DNA of 64,000 bases from Lophium mytilinum (taxonomy: Eukaryota): positions 1,034,616 through 1,098,615 of the forward strand of contig MU004186.1 of assembly GCA_010093605.1 (NCBI GenBank). Reading direction: 5' to 3'. Shown piece by piece: positions 32,698-44,719 of the stretch; position 1 is the stretch's first letter; each line of letters begins with the position of its first letter. The position numbers were made by a program, and so were the translations under genes. The notes under the pieces were generated by a model. It was not told the origin of the DNA and searched no databases. It saw only the letters and a program-made list of their open reading frames with translations.

Positions 32698-33696
32698 GAT
32701 AGATAAATTGGGGTGTTAAAAGGGTGTAGAAATAGGCTTGATTCTGCAACACCGGTAAAAGGATATAAAAAGAGCCTTTAAAACGCACTAGGCTACATAT
32801 AGTTTTGACAGGGGCTTCAATTTGCACTAGGCTATATACAGGTTTAACTTCACGATTACTACCTTGAGATACTCCTGAGGGCCTCAATGAGCAAAATCTA
32901 CCGTAGGAGCCGATTTTGTATGAGGAACGCCACTTCATAGCTTATACGCTGATATACGGGCTAGTTATAACTACGTTTTAGGAGCTACGCTTGTATCTAC
33001 GCCTACGGTTCCGAACGGGGCGTAGAAAGTAAGCGTAGGTGGATTATTAAGCAACATACTCACCGAGATACTCTACCGTAGGACGCAACCGAACTGGCCC
33101 TTAGCCAGGTGCAGCATTGGCAATCTCGGCGGCGGTTGGCACGGGCTGTTTCGACCTTCAATACAGGGCTCCCCGGGCACTCGGTGTTAAGCCCGTCCTC
33201 CAGGGACCCAAGGAACAGCGTCCGTGCTCTCCGAACCTCCTTCCGCACCTTTTCCTGCAGCCAACTCCACCCTCCCCGTCAACACCACCACCAACCCATT
33301 CACTCGCCCGTCGCTGTCGCCTTCACCCCGCCTTGTGTGCAGCTCGCCGAGCTCAGAGGCAGGCCGCAATGCTAACCTCGTCGTCTTAATCAGTCAAGCT
33401 TACCCCCCAAGCTGCGCACACCAGCACCACTGCTCTGCCGGGCTACCCAGCACCGCATCATCGACATCAGCTGTTCGCACATTGACCTGGCAGTTGACGC
33501 CTCACCGCCAGCGACGCTCATTGGCACCCTGCCACCGTCCACCGCCCGCGGATCCACCTTCACACGACCGAATAATCCTTCACTCGCCTTCGCGCGAAGG
33601 TTATCAACAGCTCCACAACCCAGCTTGGCGGAGTCTTGGAACACCCATCTATACCGAACCTTGCCCACCACGCGCTCGACCTGACTGCTATACATC

Positions 33697-35360
33697 ATGT
33701 ATGGCTCGATAAAACCCGTGTCAGCCCTGGTGCTGGCCTTTGTATTCGTGCCGCGTGCCCTCGCCGCCGACGCGCTTTTCCAGAGCTACTGCTCGTCGGA
33801 CAACACTGGCTCTGACAGCGACGCAAGTATGTAAAACGCCATCCGCCTCGAAGAAGATCTCTAACAATGCCCCAGAATACTGGACATGGCAGTCCAACGG
33901 CTGGTGCCACGACCAGTGCGTTTCCAGCTACGCGTTCGCCGTCGTCCAAGGCAACAACTGCTGGTGCTCTAATTACGTACCCGCGGATACAACATCTGTC
34001 GACGATTGCAACGTAAATTGCCCCGGCTTCCCCGCCGAGCAGTGCGGCAATGCAGCGGACGGCTTGTTCGGCTACATTGCATTGAACAATAAACCCTCAG
34101 GGACCCTGGGAGCAGCTGTCAGCACCAGCTCCAGCACCAGCGCTATGGTCAGTACATCCCAACTTACTACTGCCGTTCCATCTTCAGCTGCCATTTCTAC
34201 GCCCACACCGGAGGTTGGTGCTCCCTCTCTTCCCACCTCTACATCTCCTATCTCTTCATCTCCGTCCAAGACGCAGGCGTCGTCGTTCTCGCAACAGCCA
34301 TCTAAGCCCGCCCATAAATCTTCATCACCATCTACCCTCCTGATAATACGCTCAACGTCCGTGGTCATTGTTTCATCTTTCGTTGTCTTGTCAACGTACC
34401 TTACTATTCCGTTTGTGGTTTGATTTTCACCCCATCTCTTGCGCGTCAGTTCTGATTCCTTGTGTAGAGTTCTTCGACTCCGCCAAGCTCTTCTTCCCCA
34501 CAGTCTCACGATGACCCAGAGACTGTTTTCCGAACAGTCACTGAAACGCCATCGCAAGTTGTATCCTCGACATTTATTGTATGCTAGTCTCCTTGATATC
34601 CTGCTAGCCGCCACATCTTTGTTAGTTCTCTGGCTAACATCTGAAGTAGTCGTCTTCATCATCATCATCATCATCGCAGAAGACCTCAGCTGCCCCTCTC
34701 ACCACCACCACCCAAGCACCCAGCCGTACTACCACCTCTTCCGCTACATCTTGGACACCTACCCCTGTCACGAGCGTTCAGATTGTCACGGTCAGCGGAA
34801 GTGTAGTGACAAAGACGGTCACTGGCATGTCAACGCAGCCAGCCGAGATCGTACAGAAGAAACACTCTACCTCTGGAGGAGCCATCGCTGGTGCTGTGAT
34901 TGGGTCGCTTGCTTTCCTCGCCTTAGTCGGGGCATTCCTATTCTGGTTCTTCTTCTGGCGAAAGCGACAGTCCGACAAGACCAAGGATTCGGAGGCTGCT
35001 GGCAATCCGCCGCAAAGAAACACTAGCACAATGAGCCGGACTGGCCTCCTTGGAAAGTCGGAAAAGCCATCTTATCCCCCAGTGATCACGAATCTCAAGC
35101 GTAGTAGCACGCAGGCACTGGACCAGTCAGCTTCGATCAGTCCGGCGTCCGATAGGAGAAACAGCCGGCCGTTATTCTACGATCAGCGCCTCAATCCTTC
35201 AGCTCTCATGGACCTGGACAATGGCAGCCACACCAGCATACTGACCATTGAAGATAACCGTGACTACACAAGGACGCTCAATGTGAGATTTGCAAGCAGT
35301 TACTAGATCCAAAAGGCTAACCTAATTCAGGTCCGAAATCCCGATCCGTCGCATCAATGA
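33697..35360 (+). CDS. WSC-domain cell-wall integrity sensor (Wsc/Slg1 family), multi-exon
   Basis: Signal peptide (ATG 33697), WSC cysteines (YCSS...SNGWCHDQC...CWCSN...CNVNCPG...CG), Ser/Thr stalk, TM GAIAGAVIG...FFFW, cytosolic DQRL and DYTRTLNVRNPD; stop TGA 35358-35360. Confidence 0.9.
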
Positions 35361-36094
35361 GATCTTCCGGCTCCGGCAACACTTTACTCTTCTCCCAACC
35401 CTTTGAATTGAGCATGTTTTAGCATTGGCGTATTGGCGTTTTTCTTTTGCATTCAGCATGGCTGGTGGTGTTATTTTGGACGGCGGACTTTAGAAGATTT
35501 GCCCCTCGTGCACGGAACATGGACTCTCGAGAGCAAACAATTATGACGGACAACAGCAACAAGTTGCAGATAACTTGTATTGTACATTTTCCTTTCTTCA
35601 CATTACACTATAACGCACGTCACGTACATAAGGCAGGACGGTGGGACGGCGTACTTCATCTCAGGGGCCGGAAGCGGTCATGCATGTGCATTGGGGGTCT
35701 ACTCTGTACCACTGGAGGAAATGCAGCTGCGGAGAGACAAAACGATGGAGCTTTGGCTTTAAAAGTAGCTATCTGAGATGCCTTGTAAAGGCCCAGTAAA
35801 CATAATGCAAAGATCAGTTTGAACTTGATCGCTTTTTACCTGCAACCTCGCAATCTCTTTGGCAAGGGGTGCTCACCTTAGTCCTGACCCGATTGAACTT
35901 AAGCGCTTGAAAAACTGTGACCACAGATTCGCCGTTCAGCCTTCTGAAATTCACAAGGTGTCCATAAGTCTGTAGGCGCTTTGATGAGCGGGCTTATCCA
36001 ATGACACACGGACCACGTCTCTCGAAACCTCCCACCTCCACAGCGTCACTCCTTGGGCGCGTGCGTACCGACGCCCCAACCAACACCCGCCACC

Positions 36095-37738
36095 ATGAGC
36101 AAGATGTGGGAAGTTGACCCTGAGACGAGGAGTAAGGTGCGTGTTCCAGTCGTCTTGCGAAGAAGCCTACCGGAGCCGTGGTGAAATACGATACCCAGAT
36201 CGCAGCCCAAGTACAGCCCGCAGGGTTGGCATCTCAGAGACACGTGCTGACCACCGTTTCTCCCTGCAGTTACTCGAGATCCAGAAGGAAAATAAGAACA
36301 ATGTCTGCGTCGATTGCAACGCGCCGAGCCCGCAATGGGTATGCCTCCTCTCCTACCTTTCCAAAGCCATACACCGCGACACTCCCTCCCCTCCCCCGTA
36401 CGATCCCCAGTGAGACGAGATGATACACACCTCCAATGGCCGTGTTGGCCTCTGAGTAGGACACTACAACGCTCGACTGACCCTCGAGTCCTGCAACACC
36501 ATGCTAACCCTCCTCCCAGGCGTCCCCCAAACTCGGCGTCTTCATGTGCCTCTCCTGCAGCGGCGTGCACCGCGGCCTTGGCGTGCACATCTCCTTCGTG
36601 CGCAGCATCACGATGGACGCCTTCAAGCCGGCCGAGCTAGCTCGCATGGCCGCCGGCGGCAACAAGCCCTTCCAAGACTTCTTCAACGCACACGCGACCA
36701 ACAAAGCCGACGGCCGCACCTTCGATGCCTCATCCATCAGCGAGCGCTACGACAGCTACGCCGGCGACGAGTGGAAGGAGCGGCTGACAGCCAAGGTCGA
36801 GGGCCGTGAGTACGACGCCGCGAACCTCCCCAAACGCGTCAAGAAGGACAAAGAGCCCGCTGCTGCCCCTCCGCTGAGCGGCAGGGCCTCGGCGGCGGGG
36901 AGTCGCAGCCAGACGCCGCTGTCCCGCGCCCGCCCTGGAGATGGTAGTGGAATGCTGCCCGCGCGGTCTGGGTCGCCGGCGCTTGGGACGAGTTCGCTGG
37001 GCGCGTCGAAGAAGGTGCAGAACGAGGCGTTCTTTGCGCGCAAGGGGCAGGAGAACGACGGGCGGCGCGCGGATCTGCCGCCGTCGCAGGGCGGGAAGTA
37101 CGCGGGCTTTGGCAGCCAGCCCGCGGGGTGGGAGAAGGAGGACGAGAGCGCGCCGCCGGCGATTGACGATTTTCAGAAGGATCCGATTGCGGCGCTGACC
37201 AAGGGGTTTGGGTGGCTGGGCGCGACGGTGGGGAAAGGCGCGAAGACGGGGTATGAGGGGTGGGTGAAGCCGGGAGTGCAGAAGGTAAGAATCGCTCTTC
37301 TCCTATTCTGTAATATCATAAACTTGTTTGTATATATCGCTAACCTTCCCCCAGCTTTCCGAAGCCGACCTCGCCGCCCAAGCCCGTCAAACTGCCGCCA
37401 TGCTCGGCCAGGGCATCCAGCAAGGAACCTCGGCCGCCGCGACGTCCATCAGCCGCTTCGTCGAGGGCGAAGACGATCGCTCCACCGCCACGCGACCCGG
37501 CCGCAGGGCCCCCGAGAAAAAAGACTTCTGGGACGAGTTCGGCCAAGCTCCCGCGGGCCCACCGCCCGACAAACGCGACTTCTGGGATGATTTTGCGGAC
37601 GCCGGTGCGGCAGGCGAGCCTGTCAGCGTGGGAGCACGGCAGAAGAGCAAGCCGAGCGGGATTGGTACGGCGGCGATGAAGAAGACGGGCGGCGGCGGTG
37701 CTGGGGGAAAGAAGGAAGACGAGTGGGACAACTGGTAG
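36095..37738 (+). CDS. GCS1: ADP-ribosylation factor GTPase-activating protein, multi-exon
   Basis: MWEVDPETRSK, CVDCNAPSPQWASPK, CLSCSGVHRGLGVHISFVRSITMD, LPPSQGGKYAGFG, terminal DEWDNW. Confidence 0.93.
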
Positions 37739-37938
37739 AGCAAGACATGTTTCCGGGCGTGCTGGGGAACAGGGGGAGTTTGGAGTTTCAGCCGGGCGGA
37801 GTAGTGCTTGAAGAAATATGAGGTTCATTGCATGGACAGGGGAAGAGAGAGGTGCGCGATGTATGATTAGAAACCGTATTCATTCTACACGCAGAATCCA
37901 ACTAGGATTTGAGTATCAAGACACGGTAGCCTCCTCTC

Positions 37939-38511
37939 CTAAACCATCCCTAAACCCCCTTCCCCCCTCACCTCTTTAACCATCACTAGCTCCTCCTCCA
38001 CCTCCCCCACTGTCCCCTTCCCACCCTTCGCCAAACCGTCCTCAATCTCCCCCAACTGCCTCAGAAATCCCTCATTCGGCCTCACGCACCCCCTCCCCCT
38101 TCTCATCTCCCCCAACGCTCCCTGTAGCGTCCACCCCTTCTGCAACATCAGATACGCCGCGACCACCGTCGGACTCCGCGAAATCCCCGCCGAGCAATGC
38201 ACCAGCAGCACGCCGCCCTCCTTTTCTACCGCATCGATTATCTCAACCGCCCTCGCGACTACCGTGCTGATGTCCGCGGAGGGTTTGTCGAGTAGCCCTA
38301 GGCGGATGTATGTGATGAGAGAGGGGGTGGGGTTTGGCGCAGGGGATTAGCCGATGGAGAGGATGTGGGTGATGCGTGCAGAGACGAGGACGGGGGCGGA
38401 GGCGGCGAGGGAGGCGGGGCCGAGGTGGAGGTGGGGGAGGAGGGGGGTGATGGTAGGTTTGAAGGGAGGTGGGTGTGGCTGCGCGGGGGATATCTTTTCT
38501 TTCTTGGCTAT
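37939..38511 (-). pseudogene. Dual-specificity protein phosphatase, probably pseudogenised
   Basis: Intact VHCSAGISRSPTVVAAYLM and RPNEGFLRQL. Upstream LHLGP...ITHILSIG is followed by TAA (38349-38347) and a frameshift, there is a second frameshift nearer the 5' end, and ATA stands at the expected ATG (38511). Confidence 0.7.
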
Positions 38512-40189
38512 TTTATAGGTTATGGAAGAGGTGGTAGGAGGGGCAGGATATTGGGGTTTTAGGTTCTTTTAGTATTGTTGAAGGTAGGGTAGGAGACGGG
38601 ATAGAGTGACTCAGAGATTAGAGGAAGGTTTGTTATTGTTGCCTACTTTTAGGTATGGTGTTGCAAGGGAGAAGAGAAGATATTGACGAAGCATCTCTTG
38701 ATTTTAAGGGGAAGTGGCTTGGGACTCTTGTTGGTAAGGCAACTACCCAGTCCGTCACTGTTCATTCTTACACCGATAAAATAATTGTCACGTGACCTTT
38801 GTGTAGATGATGGAGGGGACCGGGCGAAGGTAGGGAATGAGTGATTGTGAGGGATAGTGGGACAAAAGGGGCTTGGGATGGAAATGTACTGGCGTTGAGT
38901 GTTGATAGTTTTGATTTCGTCCCTGGTGAGGTGAGTATCTATACCGATGAACTGCTGGAGAGGGCTTATGAGCTGATGTCTGGATGGTGACATATATGCT
39001 ATCAGGCAGCATTCAGGTAACCGTCATCGCATGCATGTCGATTTTGATGTGAGTATATACTTCAATTCGTAGCCTTCGTCGCACGTCAGGCCTGGCTATG
39101 ACTGTCTTACGATTGTAGAAGGTGACAAAAGGAGGTCACTAGTGCTATTCCTAAGTTCGGAACGCCGACTGGGACGGAATCAATACCATACTACGAGTAC
39201 GAAGCTTCATTGCTTCAATAGAAAGAATCTGCTCGAGTACGAGCCTTGCCTCAAAGCTAAAATCTTGAGATGTGGTTCGCGAGTGGTAAGCTAGTCTCTC
39301 CTATCCACGGGTCCATGCAAACGCCGCTACGATATGGTCAGCTTCTGTACGAAGTACTCCACGAATCAACCGAAGGGACTTTCGAAACATACTAACCCAA
39401 GACCCACCTGCAACCCAATGCTAACATCGACGTCAGAATTTTTCAGAGTGACGATGCTTAGTCTGGCGACCCTATTTACGTCAAGGCTGGAAACACTCCG
39501 CGGATACGTCTTGTATGGAGCTGTATATTAGGGAAAAGTGAGGTGGCAAGTGTAACAATCTCCCGAATAACTTCAAAGTGTAGGGAGCGGAGGACGAGAA
39601 TAGCCATACTTACTAGGTGTCCGACTAAAGTAGCCCACGATGATTCGTCCTCTTCAAATCGCTTGAGTCTCCGCGGGAGCTCATGACCAAGTGACCGAGT
39701 CGAAGACGGGGTAACATGCTGTTCAAGGTCTCCAGACAGTACCTATTCGCCGCGGTCGAGACTATGCTCTCAATCCAACCCTGCGATTTGTCCTGAGATA
39801 AGGGTAAAGTAGTGGAATTGTAGGCGCAGTTCTTGAAGTCTGATTTTGGAAGGCCTGGCGAGCCTAGGACAAGATGCTTGTTTATATTCGACCAGATTCC
39901 AGGCCCTGACACTCGCCACTCAGCGCGTAGGCCACAACGGGCCGTACCGTTCCATAAACTTCGGAGCGATGTGATTGCTCCAGCGCATGAGCAGGTATCC
40001 AACGACGTCTGCCAATGGTTTTGTCAGGAATAGTTGGGGAAGATATGAGGCCCCCGCGGCTCTATTCGGACTTACCTTTGTGTTAAGGTTTCAAGACCGT
40101 AGGAGGGAGCAGGTATAAGAGACCCTCCGCAGAATTTTGACGTGAGTATACCCTCGTAGGAGTTTTTCCTTCAATTCAAACTCATCTCT

Positions 40190-41722
40190 ATGTCGCCAAA
40201 TTTCAACCAACCGAACTTCGACAGAGACCGGCGACCGACTCGACCACCTCTTCAAACAAGGAAGAGTAAAACAAAGAAAACCCGGCTGCAGTTCAAAGAC
40301 TATTTCGTGCGTTCCGGCTGCCGTTAACCACTGCGCTTATATACCCGGACATAACGCGCTTACAGAACGCATAGGTCGGACCGCGAGACACATCGAAGCA
40401 CTCAAAATGGCCGTTGGCACTGCGAATGCATGGCAGTGTCTTTCCCCGACTGCTCTTACCCATGTTCTTTTACTCGATTTGGGCCACTGCGGTAACGGCC
40501 ATTTCCGTACTTGTACACGAACGTATGCATTCGAGCTGCTGCCCTGAATTCGACGAGATGGCTGACGCGTCCCCAAGTTGCTGTTCATCCTATTGTCCTG
40601 ACCGTGCTCGGTTTCCTCGTCGGCTTGGCGCTCAACTTTCGGAGTTCGAGTGCCTATGAGCGGTACGACAGCGGACGGAAAGCGTGGGCTGTTTTGACAG
40701 CAACATCGCAGAGTCTTGCCCGTATCATCTGGATGCATACCGTAGTACGAGGTGGAGAAGATGGAAACGATGAGATTGGAAAGAGAGACCTCTTGGGAAA
40801 GGTCTCGTGCCTTAACCTCATCACGGCCTTTGCTTTTGCGCTCAAGCATAAGCTGCGTTACGAACCCTATACCCACTACGTGGACATTCAAGAACTTGTC
40901 AACCATCTAGACACTTTCGCAAAGGCGGCCGACTCGGCTGCCACGAGGGAAGAAACAACACGGCATCGCCTCGACCAGTATCTGCGCCTTCCAATGATGA
41001 AAGCGAATCCGCGGGCGGCACTGAAGAAAACGTCACGACCGCTAGGGAGCCTTCCGCTCGAGATTCTCACGTATATATCGAGATACGTGGACGAGATCTC
41101 GAAGAACGGAACCTTCACTCTCGGCATCGCGCAGACGCAGGCACTGAATCTCACGGAAAAATTGAATGAGTGCTCGGCGACCTGCGAACGCATTCTCGAC
41201 ACTCCGATGCCTATTGCATACTCGATTGCCATTTCGCAGATCACGTGGATTTATGTGCTCTCACTGCCGTTCCAGCTGCAGCACATAATGGATTGGATCG
41301 CGATCCCGGTCAGTATAGTGACGTCGTACATCATCCTCGGGCTTGCGCAGATTGGCCACGAGATCGAGAATCCGTTTGGCATTGAGGTCAATGACTTGCC
41401 GTTGGAGCGCTTCTGTACACATATTGCATCCGACTTGACCATAATAGCGTCGAACCCACGGCCAGAGGGAATGGGGTTCTTCGAAAGGTCGGATAACTCG
41501 GTGCTGTTCCCCATGAGCTTCGATGGGTATGATACCTGGTTGGAGAAAGACCCATTTGAGATACACGCTGTGCTTTTGGCGCGTGCTGGGATCACCAAGA
41601 CGGCGATGCAAAGGAGGCAATCGGAGAACATTGAGGAGGGAGGGAGCGATGTTGCAACGATGGATACTAGAACAACGTGCTGTGGATCTGACGCTGGCAC
41701 TATGCCGAAAGAAGAGGTTTGA
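40190..41722 (+). CDS. Bestrophin-like / UPF0187 anion channel, 3 exons
   Basis: GPRD..KHSKWP..LRMHGSV, LALNFRSSSAYERYDSGRKAW, ERILDTPMPIAY, IGHEIENPFG..NDLPLE; ATG 40190 with two introns. Confidence 0.9.
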
Positions 41723-42942
41723 TGGCGCCCTCAAGAGACAGAAAAGCTTTGTTAGCACTCCTAAGAAACAAAGAGAGGCTCGTTGGCACGTTGGCACGTT
41801 GAAGGGCAGTACAAAAGCATGCCGAAGCAGCGAGAAGAGATTCAGTATCTTTTTACAGAGACAAGGAGAGTTATGATGGTGGCATTAGGGCCACAGGAAG
41901 GGAATGCTTCCAGGGGTTAGACGCCTTTGCGTACTGGTATAAGCATAAGCGTTGGAGTAAGAACAAACTTGTAGTCTATTTTGAATGTATGGGCTCTATA
42001 ATCGTGGCAGGAGTTCACCGTCTGCTTGATGGCCGTATGGTGTTGGCAAAGGAAGCTCTCGGGTTCAGCCAATCAGCCGGGCAAAGTCGGAAGCAGCCAC
42101 TCGGGCCACTTTCGCGGGGCAAGGGTCTCGGCTGCTGCATTCGTCGATCTCCCAACGTCATGTCTTCACGTCTTCACATGCCAGTAGGAATGTTACAGAG
42201 CAGCCATGAGGGCACATATCGAATAATCACGCTTCAACACGTAGATGAAGACCTTCCACCACAGCCATCTAACCTCCAGTCTTTCAATGGGAGAAAGCAA
42301 CAGCATCGGCCGCTGGCATCCTCGGAAAACGCTCCCACTCCCTCCCGCAGCAGAGCCGGGCAGAAGCCGAAGCTCTCCAGGCCAGCTTCCGCTCGCCCTG
42401 CACCCCATCCCCCCCAAAGCCCCAAAGCCGCCCATGCTGCCTCTCCACACGCCCTGAGCCCGCTGCCCGGCACGCGCGTGCCCTCCCGGTCTAGGCTCGC
42501 GCCAGGGCCGAGGCTGGGGAAAAGCTCAGGTGGGATCACGTCCTGTTCTTTCCCGCGGGTAGGCCTTAGCTAGCCATCAAATAAGACAAAGATGCCTTGT
42601 GACTCTTGTCTCTTCTGACCCCATAAAGTGCCTGTGACTGCCCGCTACTTCGCGACTCCTTTTCTGCGCCCTCTACTCTCCACTCTTTAGCAGCCTGGCT
42701 CGAAAGCTTTGAACGCTGCCCGTTGTAGATACACCGAGTACCGGCACATTTCGAGCACGCGAAGCAGAGACGCTCCGGTCTTGCGTCCGAGAGAGAGGTT
42801 ATCCTCGGTGCAGATTGTTTTTTGTTGCATTCGACGCGTGCGGCGGACGCTTCGGGGCCTTCTTTCTTTGAGTTTTTATACCCCAATTGCCGGACCTTGG
42901 GACTTTTTGGCGTGAGCACGCAGGCTTTCGGCAGCACACAAA

Positions 42943-44316
42943 ATGGCAGCGAACTCTGTGAAAGGGCCGGGTGGGAAGCAGCCTGCATCGGCGGCGACCA
43001 ATCTGATCGGTATGCTCGTAGACTAGCTTTTGGCGAGGGATTGTTAGCTAATGTGTCCGGCAATAGCTGGTGGAGGAGCTGGAATGATGGAGGCTCTTGT
43101 GTGCCATCCCCTCGGTATGTCAAGCTCCAATTATTCTACTCGAGAATTGTAGCGCTAATATAATGTTTAGACACTATAAAAGTTCGAATGCAGCTTTCGC
43201 GGAGAGCAACAGCGCCAGGTGTACGTCCCGCCCCAATACAAAATCCAGGCCTCCCTTCTTCCGGGGCCAGCACCCTCGAAACCACTCAATTACCTCTCAT
43301 CCAGCCCCCAGAACCAACTCAAATTACCCCAACTAACACCAATGAATCCCACAGGCCAAACGCCGCGGCTTCCTAAAAACCGGCTCCGAGATCATAAAGC
43401 GCGAAACCCCCCTCGGCCTCTACAAAGGCCTGGGCGCCGTGCTCACGGGAATCGTACCCAAAATGGCCATCCGCTTCACCAGCTACGAGTGGTACAAGCA
43501 GATGCTCGCAGCGCCTGACGGGACAGTGAGCAAAAAGAGCACCTTCCTCGGTACGACCCCCTTCCCCCCCAAAGTTCTCCCAACTCCAGTCTATCCTCAC
43601 ATCCTCAAAACCCCATACTAATTCTCGAGGACTACAGCTGGCCTAGCCGCCGGCGTAACCGAAGCCGTCGCCGTCGTAACCCCTATGGAAGTCATCAAAA
43701 TCCGGCTCCAAGCCCAACACCACTCGATGGCCGACCCGCTCGACGTGCCCAAATACCGCAACGCGGCGCACGCCCTCTACACCGTCGTGAAAGAAGAGGG
43801 CGCCGGCGCGCTCTACCGCGGCGTGTCGCTGACCGCCCTGCGCCAGGGCTCCAACCAAGCCGTCAACTTCACCGCCTACTCACTGTTCCGGCAGAAGCTG
43901 CAGGAGTACCAGGGCACGACGGACCTGCCCGGGTGGCAGACCATGTTTATTGGGCTGGTGTCGGGCGCCATGGGCCCGTTGTCGAATGCGCCGATTGATA
44001 CGATCAAGACAAGGTTGCAGAAGACGCCCGCGGAGCCCGGGGTGGGCGCTGTGCAGAGGATTTTAGTTATTATGCGGTATGTTGTCCCGGATGGTGCTTT
44101 TTGTGCTTTTTCTGGTGCAGTGGATAGGACTATGCTGACTTTGAGATTAGGGAAATGTGGAAGCAGGAAGGCAGCCGCAGTTTCTATAAGGGTATCACGC
44201 CGCGTGTGATGCGTGTTGCGCCCGGCCAGGCTGTTACGTTTACCGTGTACGAGTACCTGAAGGGCTTGTTGGAGAAGAATCGGGATTTGCCCCCCGCTGG
44301 GAAGTATGAGGAATGA
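42943..44316 (+). CDS. SFC1: Mitochondrial succinate-fumarate carrier, multi-exon
   Basis: NLIAGGGAGMMEAL, HPLDTIKVRMQ, GIVPKMAIRF, PMEVIKIRLQAQ, LTALRQ, APIDTIKTRLQ, KGITPRVMRVAPGQAVTF: three PxD/ExxKxR carrier signatures with SFC1/ACR1-type residues. Confidence 0.92.
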
Positions 44317-44719
44317 GGAATAAATGTGCGCTTTAGATCTCGTTACGTTGTTTGAAAGACAAAAGAGGAGGGAAAAGAAGAGTGTTGCTTGAATCGCGCT
44401 GTGTAAATACTGGTTGGACTCTGAGTTGATAGAAGAGAGGGATGAGAGGAAAGAGACAGGATGAGCATTTCGAAGGTCTGACGCCTGCATATCCATGAAA
44501 CTTTAGCTGCATAAGCGAAGCGGCTATTTTGGTTCGTTTCAATGCCAGGACCATTGTTAGTCTTTTAGCTTCGAGTCTATTCGTATGATTGCTTGACTTT
44601 CCGTTCCTCTTGGCAAGCTGGTAACAGTAGCTGCGTTATGCGTCTACTGGCCGTAAATGACGCTGAGAATGAATGCCTCTTCCTTACCATTTGCACATCC
44701 AAAGTTACTTGGTATCTCG

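Larger units (their letters stand above)
28881..33100. mobile_element. Full-length PIF/Harbinger DNA transposon, 4,220 bp, RIP-damaged
   Basis: Perfect 39-bp TIRs GGGCCAGTTCGGTTGCGTCCTACGGTAGAGTATCTCGGT at 28881-28919 and inverted at 33062-33100; TTA TSD at 28878-28880 and 33101-33103; convergent Myb/SANT and DDE genes inside. Confidence 0.97.

Noticed and set aside
36339..36520. Intronic C/D snoRNA in the long GCS1 intron (two CTGA boxes)
   Set aside because: No good box C, no terminal stem, no identifiable guide.
38600..40030. Possible degraded gene (ORFs 38649-38993 and 39625-40002; splice-like signals near 39337-39436)
   Set aside because: No recognisable protein motif or consistent exon chain.
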